From NCBI GenBank assembly GCA_045652465.1, contig JAZRUI010000015.1, positions 104,445 through 168,444 on the forward strand: a stretch of 64,000 nt of DNA. The letters are read 5' to 3'. Made by a program: the position numbers and the translations under genes. The number at the start of each line of letters is the position of its first letter. Position 1 is the stretch's first letter. Below, piece by piece: positions 52,965 to 64,000 of this stretch. This stretch comes from Acutalibacteraceae bacterium. GTDB taxonomy: Bacteria > Bacillota > Clostridia > Oscillospirales > Acutalibacteraceae. The notes beneath the pieces are model-generated. The model did not search any database. It worked only from the letters and a program-made list of their open reading frames with translations, and was not told the origin of the DNA.

Positions 52965-53003
52965 AAAGAAAAACCCGCTCGTTTGAGCGGGTTTCTTTTT
53001 TTA

Positions 53004-54017
53004 TTATTCTTTATAACCCTTGGGGTTGTTTTTTTGCCAGCGCCAGGTGTCCTCGCACATTTCTTCAACATTTCTCTTAGCTTCCCAGCCGAGGATTTCC
53101 TTTGCCTTGGTAGCATCGGCATAAACCTCGCCGAGGTCGCCGGGGCGGCGGGGAGCGATGATATAAGGAACGGTAACGCCCGAAGCCTTTTCGAATGCAC
53201 ACTTAAGCTCTAAAACGCTGGAGCCGTTACCGGTTCCGAGGTTGAAGGGCTCGCAGCCCTTGTTAGCGAGAACCCAATCGGTTGCCTTAACATGGCCTTC
53301 AGCCAGGTCAACAACATGGATGTAATCGCGAACGCCTGTGCCGTCGCAAGTGTCATAGTCATCGCCGAAAACGCTTAACTTCTCGAGGCGGCCAACCGCA
53401 ACCTGCGAAATATAGGGCATAAGGTTGTTGGGGATTCCGCTCGGGTCTTCGCCGATGGTTCCGCTCTTGTGGGCGCCGATGGGGTTAAAGTAGCGGAGAA
53501 GGGCAATCGACCAATCCTTATCCGAAACATAAAGGTCGCGAAGCATCTCTTCAATGAAATATTTTGTTCTACCATAGGGGTTGGTTGCGCCGAGGGGCAT
53601 ACCCTCCTTTAAGGGCATCTCTTCAGCAACGCCATAAACGGTTGCGGAAGAACTGAAAACAATCTTCTTGCAGCCGAATTCTTCCATAACCTCCAAGAGG
53701 TAGAGGGTGCTTATAAGGTTGTTATCATAATATTTAACAGGAATGCTAACCGATTCGCCAACTGCTTTAAGACCTGCAAAATGGATAACCGAATCAATTT
53801 TGTTTTCGCTGAAGATTTTGCGAAGAGCATCCTTATCGCGAACATCGTTTTCATAGAACTTAATCTTTTTGCCAACGATTTTCTCAACTCGATTTAAGGA
53901 TTCCTTGCTGGAATTATCGAGATTGTCGATAACGATAACATCATAACCTGCTTCGGTCATGGCGATACAGGTGTGGCTTCCTATGTAGCCTGCGCCGCCT
54001 GTTACTAATACTGACAT
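53004..54017 (-). CDS. galE: UDP-glucose 4-epimerase
   Basis: Start at MSVLVTGGAGYIGSH. Contains YGRTKYFIE (YxxxK) and ends ...WRWQKNNPKGY. The listed start at 54155 adds 46 unlikely residues. Confidence 0.93.
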   Translation of the reverse strand: MSVLVTGGAGYIGSHTCIAMTEAGYDVIVIDNLDNSSKESLNRVEKIVGKKIKFYENDVRDKDALRKIFSENKIDSVIHFAGLKAVGESVSIPVKYYDNNLISTLYLLEVMEEFGCKKIVFSSSATVYGVAEEMPLKEGMPLGATNPYGRTKYFIEEMLRDLYVSDKDWSIALLRYFNPIGAHKSGTIGEDPSGIPNNLMPYISQVAVGRLEKLSVFGDDYDTCDGTGVRDYIHVVDLAEGHVKATDWVLANKGCEPFNLGTGNGSSVLELKCAFEKASGVTVPYIIAPRRPGDLGEVYADATKAKEILGWEAKRNVEEMCEDTWRWQKNNPKGYKE

Positions 54018-54191
54018 ATAAATCATCTCCGTTTTGGATTTTCTCCAATTATTATACATTAAAGAGAAGAGAATGAAAAGAGAAATTTTTAAAAATTTTT
54101 TATCAACTATATTTTGTGGCAAACGGGGTGGTTTTGCCGCCTTGAAAACAAGCACTTGTGAGTTAGGGCGAAGGGGGCAGTTTTTTGTCGG

Positions 54192-54220
54192 TTTACAAGA
54201 AAAAAATAAAATGCTATAAT
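54192..54220 (+). promoter_or_regulatory. Sigma-A-like promoter of the DnaD-like/loader operon
   Basis: TTTACA-N17-TATAAT with a TGn extended -10. Confidence 0.55.
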
Positions 54221-54250
54221 GGTTTTCAGTAATTTTTCGGGGGTTAATAA

Positions 54251-55186
54251 ATGACCTATAAAGTTAATCCGCAGTCGCTTTTCGGTGCATTTCAGGTGCC
54301 CGCAGCTGTGGTAGATAAGCATATTAAAATGGCAGGCGCAGTTCAACTTAAAACCCTGCTTTATATCTATAGAAACCCCTCGGCGCCCATTGTTGCCGAG
54401 GATATTGCCGCATATCTATCCCTGCCCGCCTCCGATATTCGCGATAGCCTTGTTTTTTGGGCGGATGCGGGAGTTTTAACCGCCGAGGGCGAAAAAGAGG
54501 TTGCCTTTGAAGCTCCCAAAGAGCCTAAAGCCCGCGCAGTCCGTCCCCATGCCCAAAAGCCCGACCGCGCCGAGGTTGCCCGCCGCGGAAACGATAACAA
54601 GGAAATCGCCTTCCTCCTCCGCGAGGCTGAACAAAAATTGGGAAGAACTCTTCGCTTTTCTGAAAGCTCAACCCTCGTTTGGCTCTATGATGATGAGGGA
54701 ATCAGCGTTTCGGTGCTTTTAATGGTAATCGAATTTGCGATAAGCGATGGCAAACCCAACATCGGCTATATCGAGCGCACCGCGCTGGATTGGTCGGATA
54801 GCGGGGTTTGTGATGTTGCTGATGCCGAGCGCAAAATAACCGAAATTTATAACACCCGTTCATCCTTCGCTGTCCTCCGCCGCGCATTTGGCCTTGGCGA
54901 CCGTAAGGCTGGCAAAAAGGAACTCGAATATGCAAAGCTTTGGGTTGAGGATTGGAAGATAAGCCGCGAGCTTCTCTCCCGCGCCTATGAAATTTGCGTT
55001 GATAATACGGGTAAGTATAATATTACATATATTGCAACCGTTATAAAAAAATGGCACGAAAGCGGGGTTAAAACCCTTGCTGATATTAAGGAGGCAGCTC
55101 CTTCAAAGCAAAAAGGCGGCTTCGAAGCGTATGACCGCTCGCTCTTTAACGATATGTTAAGTTCGATAGATGGAGAGGAAAACTAA
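54251..55186 (+). CDS. DnaD-domain replication initiation/restart protein (DnaB/DnaD family of Firmicutes)
   Basis: 311 aa. DnaD-like C-terminal repeat (IGYIERTALDWSDSGV...ITYIATVIKKWHESGVKT). Immediately followed by a helicase-loader ATPase gene. Confidence 0.7.
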   Translation: MTYKVNPQSLFGAFQVPAAVVDKHIKMAGAVQLKTLLYIYRNPSAPIVAEDIAAYLSLPASDIRDSLVFWADAGVLTAEGEKEVAFEAPKEPKARAVRPHAQKPDRAEVARRGNDNKEIAFLLREAEQKLGRTLRFSESSTLVWLYDDEGISVSVLLMVIEFAISDGKPNIGYIERTALDWSDSGVCDVADAERKITEIYNTRSSFAVLRRAFGLGDRKAGKKELEYAKLWVEDWKISRELLSRAYEICVDNTGKYNITYIATVIKKWHESGVKTLADIKEAAPSKQKGGFEAYDRSLFNDMLSSIDGEEN

Positions 55187-56161
55187 ATGGGAATCAGCAG
55201 TGCCGTATTTAAAGAGGCATTCGAAATAAAAAAGCGCGAGCAACATAACGCCCGCGTGAAATTTGATAAACTAAAAAACGAACTCTATAGCGCAAATCCC
55301 CGCTTGCTTGAAATCGAGCGAGAGCTGGGCGCTTTGGGGGCTAAAACCGCTATAACCGCGTTTTCAGGCGATGAAGCAAAGGTTTTAGAGCTTAAAGAGC
55401 AGGCCGACTGCTTGAGAGGCGAGCGCGATAAAATTTTAGCGGGCGTCAACCTCGAAGAGCATCGCTATGCCTGCGCCGAATGCGCCGATACGGGATATCT
55501 CCAAAACGGAAAAATTTGCAACTGCGTTAAGCGAATCGCCAAAGAGGTTTCGCGCAAAAGGCTTTGCGAGGATATGCCTATCGATAAATGCAGTTTTGAT
55601 AACTTTGATTTAGCGTTTTATGGCGATAACGCCGTCGGCAACACAACCCCGAAAAAGCGTATGACCCAGGTGCTTAAAATTTGCCGCGCGTTTGCCGATA
55701 ATTTCTCGGACCATAACGATAATTTGCTTTTCCTCGGCGGAACGGGCCTCGGCAAAACTCATCTTTCGCTATCTATTGCCGCAACCGTTTTGGAAGGGGA
55801 TAACAGCGTTATCTATTGCAGCGCTCAAAACCTTATCAATAAGCTCTCGGCCGAAACCTTCTCCTATTCGGGAAGCACCGAGGTTAGCGATAGCATTTTA
55901 GGCGCCGACCTGCTCATAATTGATGACCTCGGCAGCGAAATGAATACATCCTTTTCGCAGTCCTGCATCTATAACATAATCAACACCCGCATAATGCGCG
56001 GACTTTCAACCGTTATAAGCACCAACCTAACGCTCGAAGAAATCGAAAAACAATACACCGCGCGCGTTGCCTCCCGAATAATCGGAAGCTATACTCTCTT
56101 GCAGTTTTTAGGCGCCGATATTCGCCAGCAAAAGGCTATGAACGCAATTAAAAACAAATAA
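55187..56161 (+). CDS. DnaI/DnaC-like helicase loader ATPase
   Basis: Zn-binding CAECADTGY...KICNC, Walker A LGGTGLGKTHL and Walker B LLIIDDLG. Confidence 0.8.
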   Translation: MGISSAVFKEAFEIKKREQHNARVKFDKLKNELYSANPRLLEIERELGALGAKTAITAFSGDEAKVLELKEQADCLRGERDKILAGVNLEEHRYACAECADTGYLQNGKICNCVKRIAKEVSRKRLCEDMPIDKCSFDNFDLAFYGDNAVGNTTPKKRMTQVLKICRAFADNFSDHNDNLLFLGGTGLGKTHLSLSIAATVLEGDNSVIYCSAQNLINKLSAETFSYSGSTEVSDSILGADLLIIDDLGSEMNTSFSQSCIYNIINTRIMRGLSTVISTNLTLEEIEKQYTARVASRIIGSYTLLQFLGADIRQQKAMNAIKNK

Positions 56162-56311
56162 TTTTAAAAGGCTTCGCGAAGATTTGCGAAGCCTTTTTAT
56201 GTTGTTGGAAAAAGGTCGAAAAAATTTTTTGAGATTCTTTAAATTTCCTCTTTAATTTTTTCGCGCTTATGGTATAATATATACATAGAATGTTAAAGGA
56301 GGCGAAGACTG

Positions 56312-56869
56312 ATGAGAAAACTGGCGTTGTTGCTTTGCGCGCTGATGGCGGTTTTGTGTCTTTGCGCCTGTAACACTACTGCCGAATTCGACTATAGCGA
56401 TGAGGATAACGGCGAGCTCATCTCGATGGAAAACCATAAAATTTCGGGCGATGAAATCGGTCTTTCGGTTGTTTCGAATGATGAGCAAAACAAGGTTAAG
56501 GTTTATAAAACCGAGTTCACAGCTGATGACTTCTCGGTTGAAATCAAGGATAAAAAGGTTTCCTCCTTCGTTTATTTAACCGATGAAGAAAAGGCTCCTC
56601 GCTATCCCGAAAAGGTAAAGCTCCCGCAGTATGATTTGCAGGAACTCAAGGATATCGCAGTTGCAAAATATATTGCCAAAAACGGTAGCCTTCCCGCATC
56701 GGTTGCAATAACCGAGCCGCAGTTTTCAACCAAGAGCTTCACGGGCAAACTCGTAATAACCTATACATTTTATAGCTCTCCCGCCCTCGATGAATACTCG
56801 GTTAAATGCTTTACCCGCGCCGAGCGCGTAACCCTTACAGGTGACCTCTATACCTACGAGGTCGAATAA
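56312..56869 (+). CDS. Hypothetical lipoprotein
   Basis: Lipobox LCLCACN after MRKLALLLCALMAV. AAAGGAGG RBS. Terminator follows at about 56882-56916. Confidence 0.6.
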   Translation: MRKLALLLCALMAVLCLCACNTTAEFDYSDEDNGELISMENHKISGDEIGLSVVSNDEQNKVKVYKTEFTADDFSVEIKDKKVSSFVYLTDEEKAPRYPEKVKLPQYDLQELKDIAVAKYIAKNGSLPASVAITEPQFSTKSFTGKLVITYTFYSSPALDEYSVKCFTRAERVTLTGDLYTYEVE

Positions 56870-57092
56870 TGTTGATTTCAAAAGAACGGTGTCTTTATTG
56901 GCGCCGTTCTTTTTTTAATGCTTTATCGCAGCGGTTATCAAACCGTTAAAAACGGGCAGTTTTTTGTTGAATCTATACAAATTCGCTCCTAAAAATACTA
57001 CGCGTGCATTTGAATTTTCACAAAAAACCCGCTTGAAAAGCATACTAATATTTGATAAAATTATTATTAGATAGTAAAAGGAGGTAGTGTGC

Positions 57093-59009
57093 TTGGATGA
57101 AAGAATTAAGCGGTTCTCTCGAGAGCTGATGGATGATGCCTATGAGTTTATGGGATGCCACAAAAGCGAGAACGGCTATATCTTCAGAGTTTGGGCGCCC
57201 GCTGCCGCCAAGGTTTCGCTTGTGGGCGATTTCAATGGTTGGCAAACTGACATCGATGTTATGGAAAACCAAAACGGCATTTGGTCGCTCGAGCGCGGCT
57301 CACTTTCGCGCTTCGATAACTATAAGTATGCAATAACCGACCAAAACGGAAACACGGTGCTCAAGGCTGACCCCTATGCCTTCCATGCCGAAACCGCTCC
57401 AGGAACGGCTTCTAAAATCTTCGATATTGAAGGCTTTAGCTGGAACGATGATGAATGGCGGCAGGAAAAACGAAATAAGAATATATATGAGAGCCCCGTA
57501 AACATCTATGAGGTTCATATGGGCTCTTGGCAACGCAACAGCGATAACACCTTGCTTGACTATGTAACCATGGCCGAGCGCCTTGCCAAATATGTTCGCG
57601 AAATGGGTTATACCCATGTTGAGCTTATGCCCATAGCCGAGCATCCCTTTGATGGCTCTTGGGGTTATCAGGTTAGCGGATATTATGCTCCGACCTCGCG
57701 CCACGGAACGCCTCATGATTTTATGCGTTTTGTTGATATTATGCATCAAAACGGCATCGGCGTTATCCTCGATTGGGTTCCCGCGCATTTCCCGAAGGAT
57801 GAATTCGGACTTTATCGCTTTGATGGAAGCGCGGCATATGAATATGGCGACCCGCGCATCGGCGAGCATAAGGAATGGGGAACCGCTGTTTTCAATTATG
57901 GCAGGGTAGAGGTTATGAATTTCCTTATCTCCAATGCCGTTTATTGGATTAAGAAATATCATATCGATGGCTTGCGTGTTGATGCGGTTGCGGCGATGCT
58001 TTATCGCGATTATAACCGCCGCGATGGCGAATGGATTCCCAATTCCTATGGCGGAAGAGAGAATCTTGATGCCATTGAGCTTCTCCGCCGCGTTAATGAA
58101 TTTGCCTTCCGCGCCGATGAGAATATTTTGATGGTTGCCGAAGAGTCAACCGCTTGGCCGATGGTAACCAAGCCTGCCGAATCCGGCGGCCTTGGATTTA
58201 ACTTCAAATGGAATATGGGTTGGATGAACGATATGCTGCGCTATATCTCTCTCGACCCGATTTATAGAAAATTCAACCACGAATGCATAACCTTTTCGTT
58301 CTTCTATGCATTTTCGGAGAACTTCATTCTTCCGCTGTCGCATGATGAGGTTGTGCACGGCAAATGTTCGCTCATCGGCAAAATGCCGGGCGAATATGAG
58401 GATAAATTCTCCTCTTTGCGAACCTTCTATGCTTATATGATGGCGCATCCAGGCAAAAAGCTGCTCTTTATGGGTCAGGAGTTTGCGCAGTTTATCGAGT
58501 GGGATTATAGAAAAGAACTCGATTGGCTGCTGCTTGATTACGAAAAGCATTATGAAATGCAACAGTTCGTTAAAAAGCTCAACTCGGTTTATTTGAAAAC
58601 CCCCGCCCTTTGGGAGATTGATTATTCTTGGGAGGGCTTCTCTTGGATAGCGAATGACGACCATGACCAAAGCGTTATAGCCTTCCGCCGAACCGATAAG
58701 TCGGGCAAGGAGATTATCGCGGTTTGCAACTTTGTTCCCGTCGAGAGGCAAAACTACCGCATAGGTCTCCCGTTCGAGGGAAAATATAAGCTCGTTTTAA
58801 ACACCGATGATGCCGCCTTCGGCGGAAACGGAGTCGCGGTTGCGAGCGAGATTATATCCGAGGAGTTTTCGATGCATGGCTGCAGGCAGTCGGCTGAATT
58901 CACCCTGCCGCCGCTTTCAGTTTTATATTATGAATACAAACCGACCGCCGCGCGCGGCCGCAAAAAAGGCACCAAAGCGTTGCCGAAGAAGGGAAGTAAT
59001 CAAAGATGA
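57093..59009 (+). CDS. glgB: 1,4-alpha-glucan branching enzyme
   Basis: Contains [43 protein letters not shown] and [15 protein letters not shown] 57093 lies 8 nt after GGAGG; the listed GTG 57087 is only 2 nt after it. Confidence 0.93.
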   Translation: MDERIKRFSRELMDDAYEFMGCHKSENGYIFRVWAPAAAKVSLVGDFNGWQTDIDVMENQNGIWSLERGSLSRFDNYKYAITDQNGNTVLKADPYAFHAETAPGTASKIFDIEGFSWNDDEWRQEKRNKNIYESPVNIYEVHMGSWQRNSDNTLLDYVTMAERLAKYVREMGYTHVELMPIAEHPFDGSWGYQVSGYYAPTSRHGTPHDFMRFVDIMHQNGIGVILDWVPAHFPKDEFGLYRFDGSAAYEYGDPRIGEHKEWGTAVFNYGRVEVMNFLISNAVYWIKKYHIDGLRVDAVAAMLYRDYNRRDGEWIPNSYGGRENLDAIELLRRVNEFAFRADENILMVAEESTAWPMVTKPAESGGLGFNFKWNMGWMNDMLRYISLDPIYRKFNHECITFSFFYAFSENFILPLSHDEVVHGKCSLIGKMPGEYEDKFSSLRTFYAYMMAHPGKKLLFMGQEFAQFIEWDYRKELDWLLLDYEKHYEMQQFVKKLNSVYLKTPALWEIDYSWEGFSWIANDDHDQSVIAFRRTDKSGKEIIAVCNFVPVERQNYRIGLPFEGKYKLVLNTDDAAFGGNGVAVASEIISEEFSMHGCRQSAEFTLPPLSVLYYEYKPTAARGRKKGTKALPKKGSNQR

Positions 59010-60223
59010 AAAAGACCGAATGTGTAGCGATGCTGCTTGCCGGCGGTCAGGGAAGCCGATTGGGTGTTTTAACCCAAAATGTTGCCAAGCCCGCAGTGCC
59101 CTATGGCGGAAAATATCGTATTATCGATTTTCCGCTTTCCAACTGCGCCAACTCGGGAATCGATACGGTTGGCGTTTTAACCCAGTATCAGCCGCTTGAA
59201 CTTAACGATTATATCGGCAGCGGCAAAACCTGGGACCTCGACCGCCTTGAGGGCGGAGTTCATGTTTTGCCCCCTTATCAAAAGAGCACAGGCAGCGATT
59301 GGTATAAGGGAACGGCTAACGCGATTTATCAAAACATAGCCTTTATCGAGCGCTATGACCCTGAATATGTGCTTGTCCTCTCCGGCGACCATATCTATAA
59401 AATGGATTATTCCAAGATGATTAAGCAGCACAAGAAAACCGGCTCGGACTGCACTATTGCGGTGCTTAATGTTACCCTTGAGGAAGCAAAGCGCTTTGGT
59501 ATTATGAATGCCAACCCCGATGGAACCATCTATGAATTCGAGGAAAAACCCGCCAATCCGAAGAGCACATTGGCATCTATGGGTATCTATGTTTTCACAT
59601 GGGCAAAGCTTAAGAAATATCTTTGCGAGGATGCCGCAAAGGAGGGCTCCTCCAACGACTTCGGCAAGGATGTTATTCCCGCGATGCTCGCAGGCGGCGA
59701 GAAGATGTTTGTTTATCGCTTTGATGATTATTGGAAGGATGTTGGAACGGTTGAATCGCTTTGGGATGCCAACCTCGATTTGCTCAACCCCAATATCGAC
59801 CTTAATTTAGCCGACCCCAACTGGAAGATTTATTCCAAGAATCAGGGCTTGCCGCCGCAGTATATCTCGGTTGATGCAAAAATCGAAAATTCTCTAATTT
59901 CCGAGGGCTGCGAGGTTTGCGGAAATGTTGATTTCTCGATTCTCTTCAGCGGCGTAACGGTTGCAAAGGATGCAAATGTTTTATATTCGCTTATAATGCC
60001 GGGCGCCAAAATCGAATCGGGCGCAACGGTTAAATATGCCATTATTGCCGAAAACGCGGTTGTAAAATCGGGCGCTGTCGTTGGCGAAAGCCCCGAAGAA
60101 TGCAAGGACCTCGATAATTGGGGAATCGCAGTTATAGGCGATGGCTTAACGGTTGGAAAGAATGCAACCGTTTCGGCTAAAAAAATGGTAACCGAGGATG
60201 TAAAGGAGGGCGAGGCTTTATGA
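59006..60223 (+). CDS. glgC: Glucose-1-phosphate adenylyltransferase
   Basis: Contains [44 protein letters not shown] plus a C-terminal hexapeptide domain. Confidence 0.93.
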   Translation: MKKTECVAMLLAGGQGSRLGVLTQNVAKPAVPYGGKYRIIDFPLSNCANSGIDTVGVLTQYQPLELNDYIGSGKTWDLDRLEGGVHVLPPYQKSTGSDWYKGTANAIYQNIAFIERYDPEYVLVLSGDHIYKMDYSKMIKQHKKTGSDCTIAVLNVTLEEAKRFGIMNANPDGTIYEFEEKPANPKSTLASMGIYVFTWAKLKKYLCEDAAKEGSSNDFGKDVIPAMLAGGEKMFVYRFDDYWKDVGTVESLWDANLDLLNPNIDLNLADPNWKIYSKNQGLPPQYISVDAKIENSLISEGCEVCGNVDFSILFSGVTVAKDANVLYSLIMPGAKIESGATVKYAIIAENAVVKSGAVVGESPEECKDLDNWGIAVIGDGLTVGKNATVSAKKMVTEDVKEGEAL

Positions 60224-61335
60224 GAAACAATAATGTTTTAGGAATTGTTTTTGCCAGCGTTAACGACCAGCTTTTGGGCGAGTTAACCTCCCGTCGTTCC
60301 GTTGCTTCCGTTCCTTTTGGCGGAAGATATCGCCTTGTCGATTTCGCGCTTTCCAATCTTGTTAACGCAGGCGTTTCCAAGGTTGGTCTTATAACCAAAG
60401 CGAACTATCAATCCCTTATGGACCATATAGGCTCGGCTAAAAGCTGGGGTCTTGACCGTAAAAACGGTGGTTTACATATCCTGCCGCCCTATGGCAACTC
60501 CTCTTCGGGAGTTTATGTAGGTCAGGCTGATGCGCTTTATGGAATCAAGAATTTCCTTCGCCGCTCGAGCGAGCAATATGCCGTTATTTGCAACAGCAAT
60601 ATTGCCCTTAACATCGATGTTGCCGATATGATTGAGCAGCATGTTGCAAACGGCGCCGATATAACCGTTGCCTATCGCCATGGTGCTCTCCCGAAGAACG
60701 CAGGAGATATAATGTCGTTAACCCTTAACGAGGGAAGAGTAAGCCGCGTGCTTATGAACACCGAGAGCGTTGGCGAATGCGATTATAGCCTTGGAATAAC
60801 CGTTATTTCGAGAATGCTGCTTATGGCGCTTGTTGATAAGGCGGTTGCCGCAAACAAAACCGACTTTGCGCGCGACATTATTATGCCCAATGTTGATAAG
60901 CTTCGCATAAACGGCTATGAGCATAAAGGCTTTGCCGCAGTTATGGATAGTATGCAGGGCTATGTTGATGCCAATATGCAGCTCTTGGCTCCCGCGGTCC
61001 GTTGCGACCTGTTTAATAAAAAGCGCCCCGTTTACACCAAGGTTAAGGATTCAATGCCCACCCGTTACGGCATCGGCTCGCAAATAACCAATTCGCTTAT
61101 AGCCGATGGTTGCGTAATCGAGGGAACGGTTAAAAACAGCATCCTATTCCGCGGCGTTCGCGTTGGAAAGGGCGCGCATGTTGAAAACTGCATCATAATG
61201 CAGGGAACCGAAATCGAAAGCGGAGCCGACCTTAAATATCTAACCATCGATAAAGAGGTTAAGGTAGGAAAGGGTCGTTCGCTTTGCGGCTCGCCTTCCT
61301 ATTATGTTTATATCAATAAAGGCGCCGATATATAA
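60220..61335 (+). CDS. glgD: Glucose-1-phosphate adenylyltransferase subunit GlgD
   Basis: Paralogue of GlgC lacking the GGxGxR loop (begins [10 protein letters not shown]...[22 protein letters not shown]). Conserved position between glgC and glgA. Confidence 0.88.
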   Translation: MRNNNVLGIVFASVNDQLLGELTSRRSVASVPFGGRYRLVDFALSNLVNAGVSKVGLITKANYQSLMDHIGSAKSWGLDRKNGGLHILPPYGNSSSGVYVGQADALYGIKNFLRRSSEQYAVICNSNIALNIDVADMIEQHVANGADITVAYRHGALPKNAGDIMSLTLNEGRVSRVLMNTESVGECDYSLGITVISRMLLMALVDKAVAANKTDFARDIIMPNVDKLRINGYEHKGFAAVMDSMQGYVDANMQLLAPAVRCDLFNKKRPVYTKVKDSMPTRYGIGSQITNSLIADGCVIEGTVKNSILFRGVRVGKGAHVENCIIMQGTEIESGADLKYLTIDKEVKVGKGRSLCGSPSYYVYINKGADI

Positions 61336-61349
61336 AAAAGGAGAAAAAG

Positions 61350-62768
61350 ATGAAAGTTTTATTTGCCGCAAGTGAAGCTTATCCGTTCGCGATGTCAGGC
61401 GGTCTTGCCGATGTAGCGGGTTCGCTTCCGAAAGCGCTTAGAAAAAGGCTTATAGGCTGCAGGGTGGTTATGCCGCTCTATTCGGATATTCCCGAAGAAC
61501 TTAAAGCCAATATGAATTTCATAACCCATATAACGGTTCCCGTTGCTTGGCGCAGGCAGTATTGCGGAATCTTCGAGGCGAAGGTTGACGGAGTTATCTA
61601 TTACCTGCTCGATAACCAATATTATTTTAAAAGGGATGGACTCTATGGCTTCTATGATGATGCCGAGCGTTATGCCTTCTTCTCCCGCGCAGTGCTCGAA
61701 ATTTTACCGCACATAAACTTCAAGCCCGATGTTATCCATTGTAACGACTGGCAAACTGCCATGACCCCCGTTTATCTCGACCGTTTCTATTGCCACAACC
61801 CGTTCTATACCGATATTAAAACTGTCTTCACAATTCATAACATTCAGTATCAAGGTCAGTATGGAAACGAGCTTTTGGGCGATGTTTTAGGAATTGCGGG
61901 AGAGGATTGCCGCTTTGTTGAATATGGCGGTTGCGTTAATTTGCTCAAGGGCGGAATCGAGTGCTCCGATAGGGTAACAACCGTTTCTCCCACCTATGCG
62001 GGCGAGATATTAACCCCCGAATTTGCGCATGGACTCGATGGAATATTGCGCGACCGTTCGTTTAAGCTCAGCGGAATTATAAACGGCATCGATACCGATG
62101 TTTATAACCCCGAAACCGATAAAAACCTCTATGAAAACTATAATGTTGAAACCATAGAGAAAAAGGCGATTAACAAGGCAAAGCTCCAGGAGAGAATGGG
62201 CTTGCCCGTTAGAAGCGATGTTCCGCTTATCGGCATCGTTTCGCGCCTTGTCGGCCATAAGGGACTCGACCTCGTTAAATGCGTTTTCGAGGATATCCTA
62301 AAGGCGGATGTTCAGTTTTGCATTTTAGGCAGCGGCGAATGGGAGTTCGAAACCTTCTTCCATGAAATGGCGGAAAAGCATCCCGATAAGGTCGCTCTAA
62401 AGCTCGGCTTTGTTCCCGAACTTGCCCGCAAGATTTATGCAGGCGCGGATTTATTCTTAATGCCCTCAAAGAGCGAGCCCTGCGGTCTTTCGCAGCTTAT
62501 AGCCCTGCGCTATGGAACCGTTCCCATCGTTCGCGAAACGGGCGGCCTTAACGATACAATTCGCGACAGTGGCGATGGCGAGGGCAACGGCTTCACCTTT
62601 AAAACCTATAACGCCCACGATATGCTCGATAGCGTTTGGCGCGCTATAGGAGCCTATGGAAACCCCGAAGGTTTCGCGATTCTTCGCCGCCGCGCGATGG
62701 AGTGCGATAACAGCTGGGGCAGGTCGGCAAACGAATATATCAAGCTTTATAAGTCGATAAAAAGATAG
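61350..62768 (+). CDS. glgA: Glycogen synthase (ADP-glucose type)
   Basis: Begins MKVLFAASEAYPFAMSGGLADVAGSLP. Contains LMPSKSEPCGLSQLIALRYGTVPIVRETGGLNDT. Confidence 0.95.
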   Translation: MKVLFAASEAYPFAMSGGLADVAGSLPKALRKRLIGCRVVMPLYSDIPEELKANMNFITHITVPVAWRRQYCGIFEAKVDGVIYYLLDNQYYFKRDGLYGFYDDAERYAFFSRAVLEILPHINFKPDVIHCNDWQTAMTPVYLDRFYCHNPFYTDIKTVFTIHNIQYQGQYGNELLGDVLGIAGEDCRFVEYGGCVNLLKGGIECSDRVTTVSPTYAGEILTPEFAHGLDGILRDRSFKLSGIINGIDTDVYNPETDKNLYENYNVETIEKKAINKAKLQERMGLPVRSDVPLIGIVSRLVGHKGLDLVKCVFEDILKADVQFCILGSGEWEFETFFHEMAEKHPDKVALKLGFVPELARKIYAGADLFLMPSKSEPCGLSQLIALRYGTVPIVRETGGLNDTIRDSGDGEGNGFTFKTYNAHDMLDSVWRAIGAYGNPEGFAILRRRAMECDNSWGRSANEYIKLYKSIKR

Positions 62769-62848
62769 TTTACAAAAAGTCAAAATCGTGATAAGATACC
62801 CATATAGTTTATATGGGTATTTTATTTTTCAGTTTAAGGAGAAACGCG

Positions 62849-63739
62849 ATGCTCGAATATTTGAAAAGTGCCGTGCTCGGCATTGTTGAGGGTATAACCG
62901 AATGGCTCCCTATCAGCAGCACGGGGCATATGATTTTGGTTGATGAATTCTTCACCCTTAAAACCCAAAACGGCGCCGCCTTCACTAATTTTTTCTTGGT
63001 TGCCATCCAGCTTGGCGCGATTTTGGCGGTTGTTTTGCTTTATTTCAAAAAGATTTGGCCGCTTCATCTTAAAAGCGCCGCGGTAGCGCCTTATTTTAAG
63101 GGCGAAAATCTCGGAACCTTTAAAAATCTTTGCAACAATTATATCCATGTTGATAAGATGATTTTATGGTTCAAAATCTTGGTTGCCAGCATTCCCGCCG
63201 CAGTCCTCGGCGTTCTCTTTGATGAAAAAATCGATTCGATGCTAACGGGCAACAGCCGCGCATATATCGTTGCTTCAACCCTTATTATTTATGGTGTCCT
63301 GTTCATCGTTATCGAGAGCATAAACAAGAAGGAATCGGTTCTTTCGGTTGATAACATAACCTATAAAACCGCATTGTTTATCGGTATGATTCAGTGCCTC
63401 GCGCTCATCCCCGGAACCTCGCGCAGCGGAACAACAATCCTCGGCGCAATGCTTTTAGGTCTTAGCCGAACCGCCGCCGCGGAATTCTCCTTCTTCCTCT
63501 CCATCCCTGCGATGGCGGGCGGAAGCGGAATTAAATTGCTCGAATATCTCTCCGAGGGTAACAGCTTCTCAACCAACGAGATTTTAATTCTTCTTTTCGG
63601 AATGTTTGTTGCCTTCGTTGTTTCGGTTGTTGCAATCAAGTTCCTTATGTCCTATATCCGCCGCCACGATTTCAAGGCCTTTGGCTACTACCGAATCGTT
63701 TTGGGCGCCGTTTTGATAATCTATTTCGTTTTAGCATAA
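62849..63739 (+). CDS. uppP: Undecaprenyl-diphosphate phosphatase
   Basis: Begins MLEYLKSAVLGIVEGITEWLPISSTGHM and contains PGTSRSGTTI. AAGGAG RBS before ATG 62849. Confidence 0.93.
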   Translation: MLEYLKSAVLGIVEGITEWLPISSTGHMILVDEFFTLKTQNGAAFTNFFLVAIQLGAILAVVLLYFKKIWPLHLKSAAVAPYFKGENLGTFKNLCNNYIHVDKMILWFKILVASIPAAVLGVLFDEKIDSMLTGNSRAYIVASTLIIYGVLFIVIESINKKESVLSVDNITYKTALFIGMIQCLALIPGTSRSGTTILGAMLLGLSRTAAAEFSFFLSIPAMAGGSGIKLLEYLSEGNSFSTNEILILLFGMFVAFVVSVVAIKFLMSYIRRHDFKAFGYYRIVLGAVLIIYFVLA

Positions 63740-63740
63740 T

Positions 63741-63776
63741 AAAGAAAACCCCTTCGTCCGAAGGGGTTTTCTTTAT
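63741..63776. terminator. Bidirectional terminator between uppP and the converging small gene
   Basis: AAAGAAAACCCCTTCG-TCCG-AAGGGGTTTTCTTT. Confidence 0.85.
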
Positions 63777-63949
63777 TTTACCATTGTTTGCACACCGTTT
63801 ATAAAATCGCTGACCGCCTTTGCGGCCTTTGCCGAACCTTTAGAAACATTCTTGCGGTTGGAAATAATTGCTCTTCCAACAACCGTGGCAACCGCGCCTG
63901 CAGCCATTCCTGCGGCGATTCCCTTTGCAAACGACATTGCGCTCTTCAT
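63773..63949 (-). CDS. Hypothetical small protein (58 aa, Gly/Ala-rich hydrophobic N-half)
   Basis: Not in the ORF track. Sequence is MKSAMSFAKGIAAGMAAGAVATVVGRAIISNRKNVSKGSAKAAKAVSDFINGVQTMVK. AAGGAG lies 8 nt upstream. Confidence 0.55.
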   Translation of the reverse strand: MKSAMSFAKGIAAGMAAGAVATVVGRAIISNRKNVSKGSAKAAKAVSDFINGVQTMVK

Positions 63950-64000
63950 AAAATCGACTCCTTTTAAATTTCTCTAAAAGTAGTATTTGCAGCGCGCAAT

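Noticed and set aside
54251-56161. DnaD-domain protein plus DnaC/DnaI-like ATPase as a prophage or plasmid replication module.
   Set aside because: Composition matches the surrounding housekeeping DNA. There are no phage, integrase or partition genes nearby. The pair is the normal chromosomal helicase-loading module of Firmicutes.
1-64000. Search by eye for CRISPR arrays, tRNA/rRNA genes, transposases, integrases and inverted-repeat-bounded insertion elements.
   Set aside because: I found no regularly spaced direct repeats, no cloverleaf-like intergenic sequences, no 16S/23S/5S signatures and no transposase- or integrase-like ORFs. The only repeats seen are those reported at 581-954 and within 3105-5691.

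Overview
This is a 64-kb chromosomal segment from a Firmicutes/Clostridia-type anaerobe. The evidence is AGGAGG-type ribosome-binding sites, frequent TTG/GTG starts, a pyruvate:ferredoxin oxidoreductase + PduL + clostridial ferredoxin fermentative core, glgBCDA, and the SRP-RNA/dnaX/ybaB/recR and rpmH/rnpA/yidD/yidC/jag clusters. I can support about 70 protein-coding genes, one ncRNA (SRP RNA), and a set of clear intrinsic terminators and sigma-A-like promoters. I saw no rRNA, tRNA, CRISPR array, transposase, integrase or phage structural gene. Most ORFs in the six-frame track that lie antisense to, or nested in, the large genes are spurious. Several listed ORFs have N-terminal extensions that I trimmed to RBS-supported starts.

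Almost everything is housekeeping: PFOR, phosphofructokinase, SecA, Tex, an EF-G paralogue, CysK, TrpS, HolB, L13/S9, GalE, DnaD/DnaI-like loaders, glycogen synthesis and UppP.

The one clearly accessory locus lies at about 2.94-5.69 kb. It is a visibly AT-rich three-cassette island on the opposite strand, wedged between two paralogous small membrane-protein genes. It contains:
- an Rhs-core remnant directly abutting an uncharacterised 3-TM protein gene
- a second 3-TM protein with the same architecture
- four copies of a ~26-nt junction motif that reads [ND]-[GS]-[FS]-P-A-x-stop
- a perfect 41-nt duplicated terminator

I read this island as an orphan immunity-cassette array of a polymorphic-toxin system with an undescribed cassette-junction element. 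That reading is inference.

Other points worth a second look:
- an imperfect 191-bp tandem duplication (581-954) whose differences are clustered patches that all create CGGGG
- the unknown-function GGGtGRT/NifU-like operon with a CRP/FNR-type palindrome near -60
- an EF-G paralogue lacking the catalytic His (DAPGQ)
- a lipoprotein carrying a DnaJ-type 4x CxxCxGxG zinc finger
- tandem zinc-ribbon/DUF2628-like membrane proteins

All family assignments come from recognising motifs by eye. No searches or computations were run.
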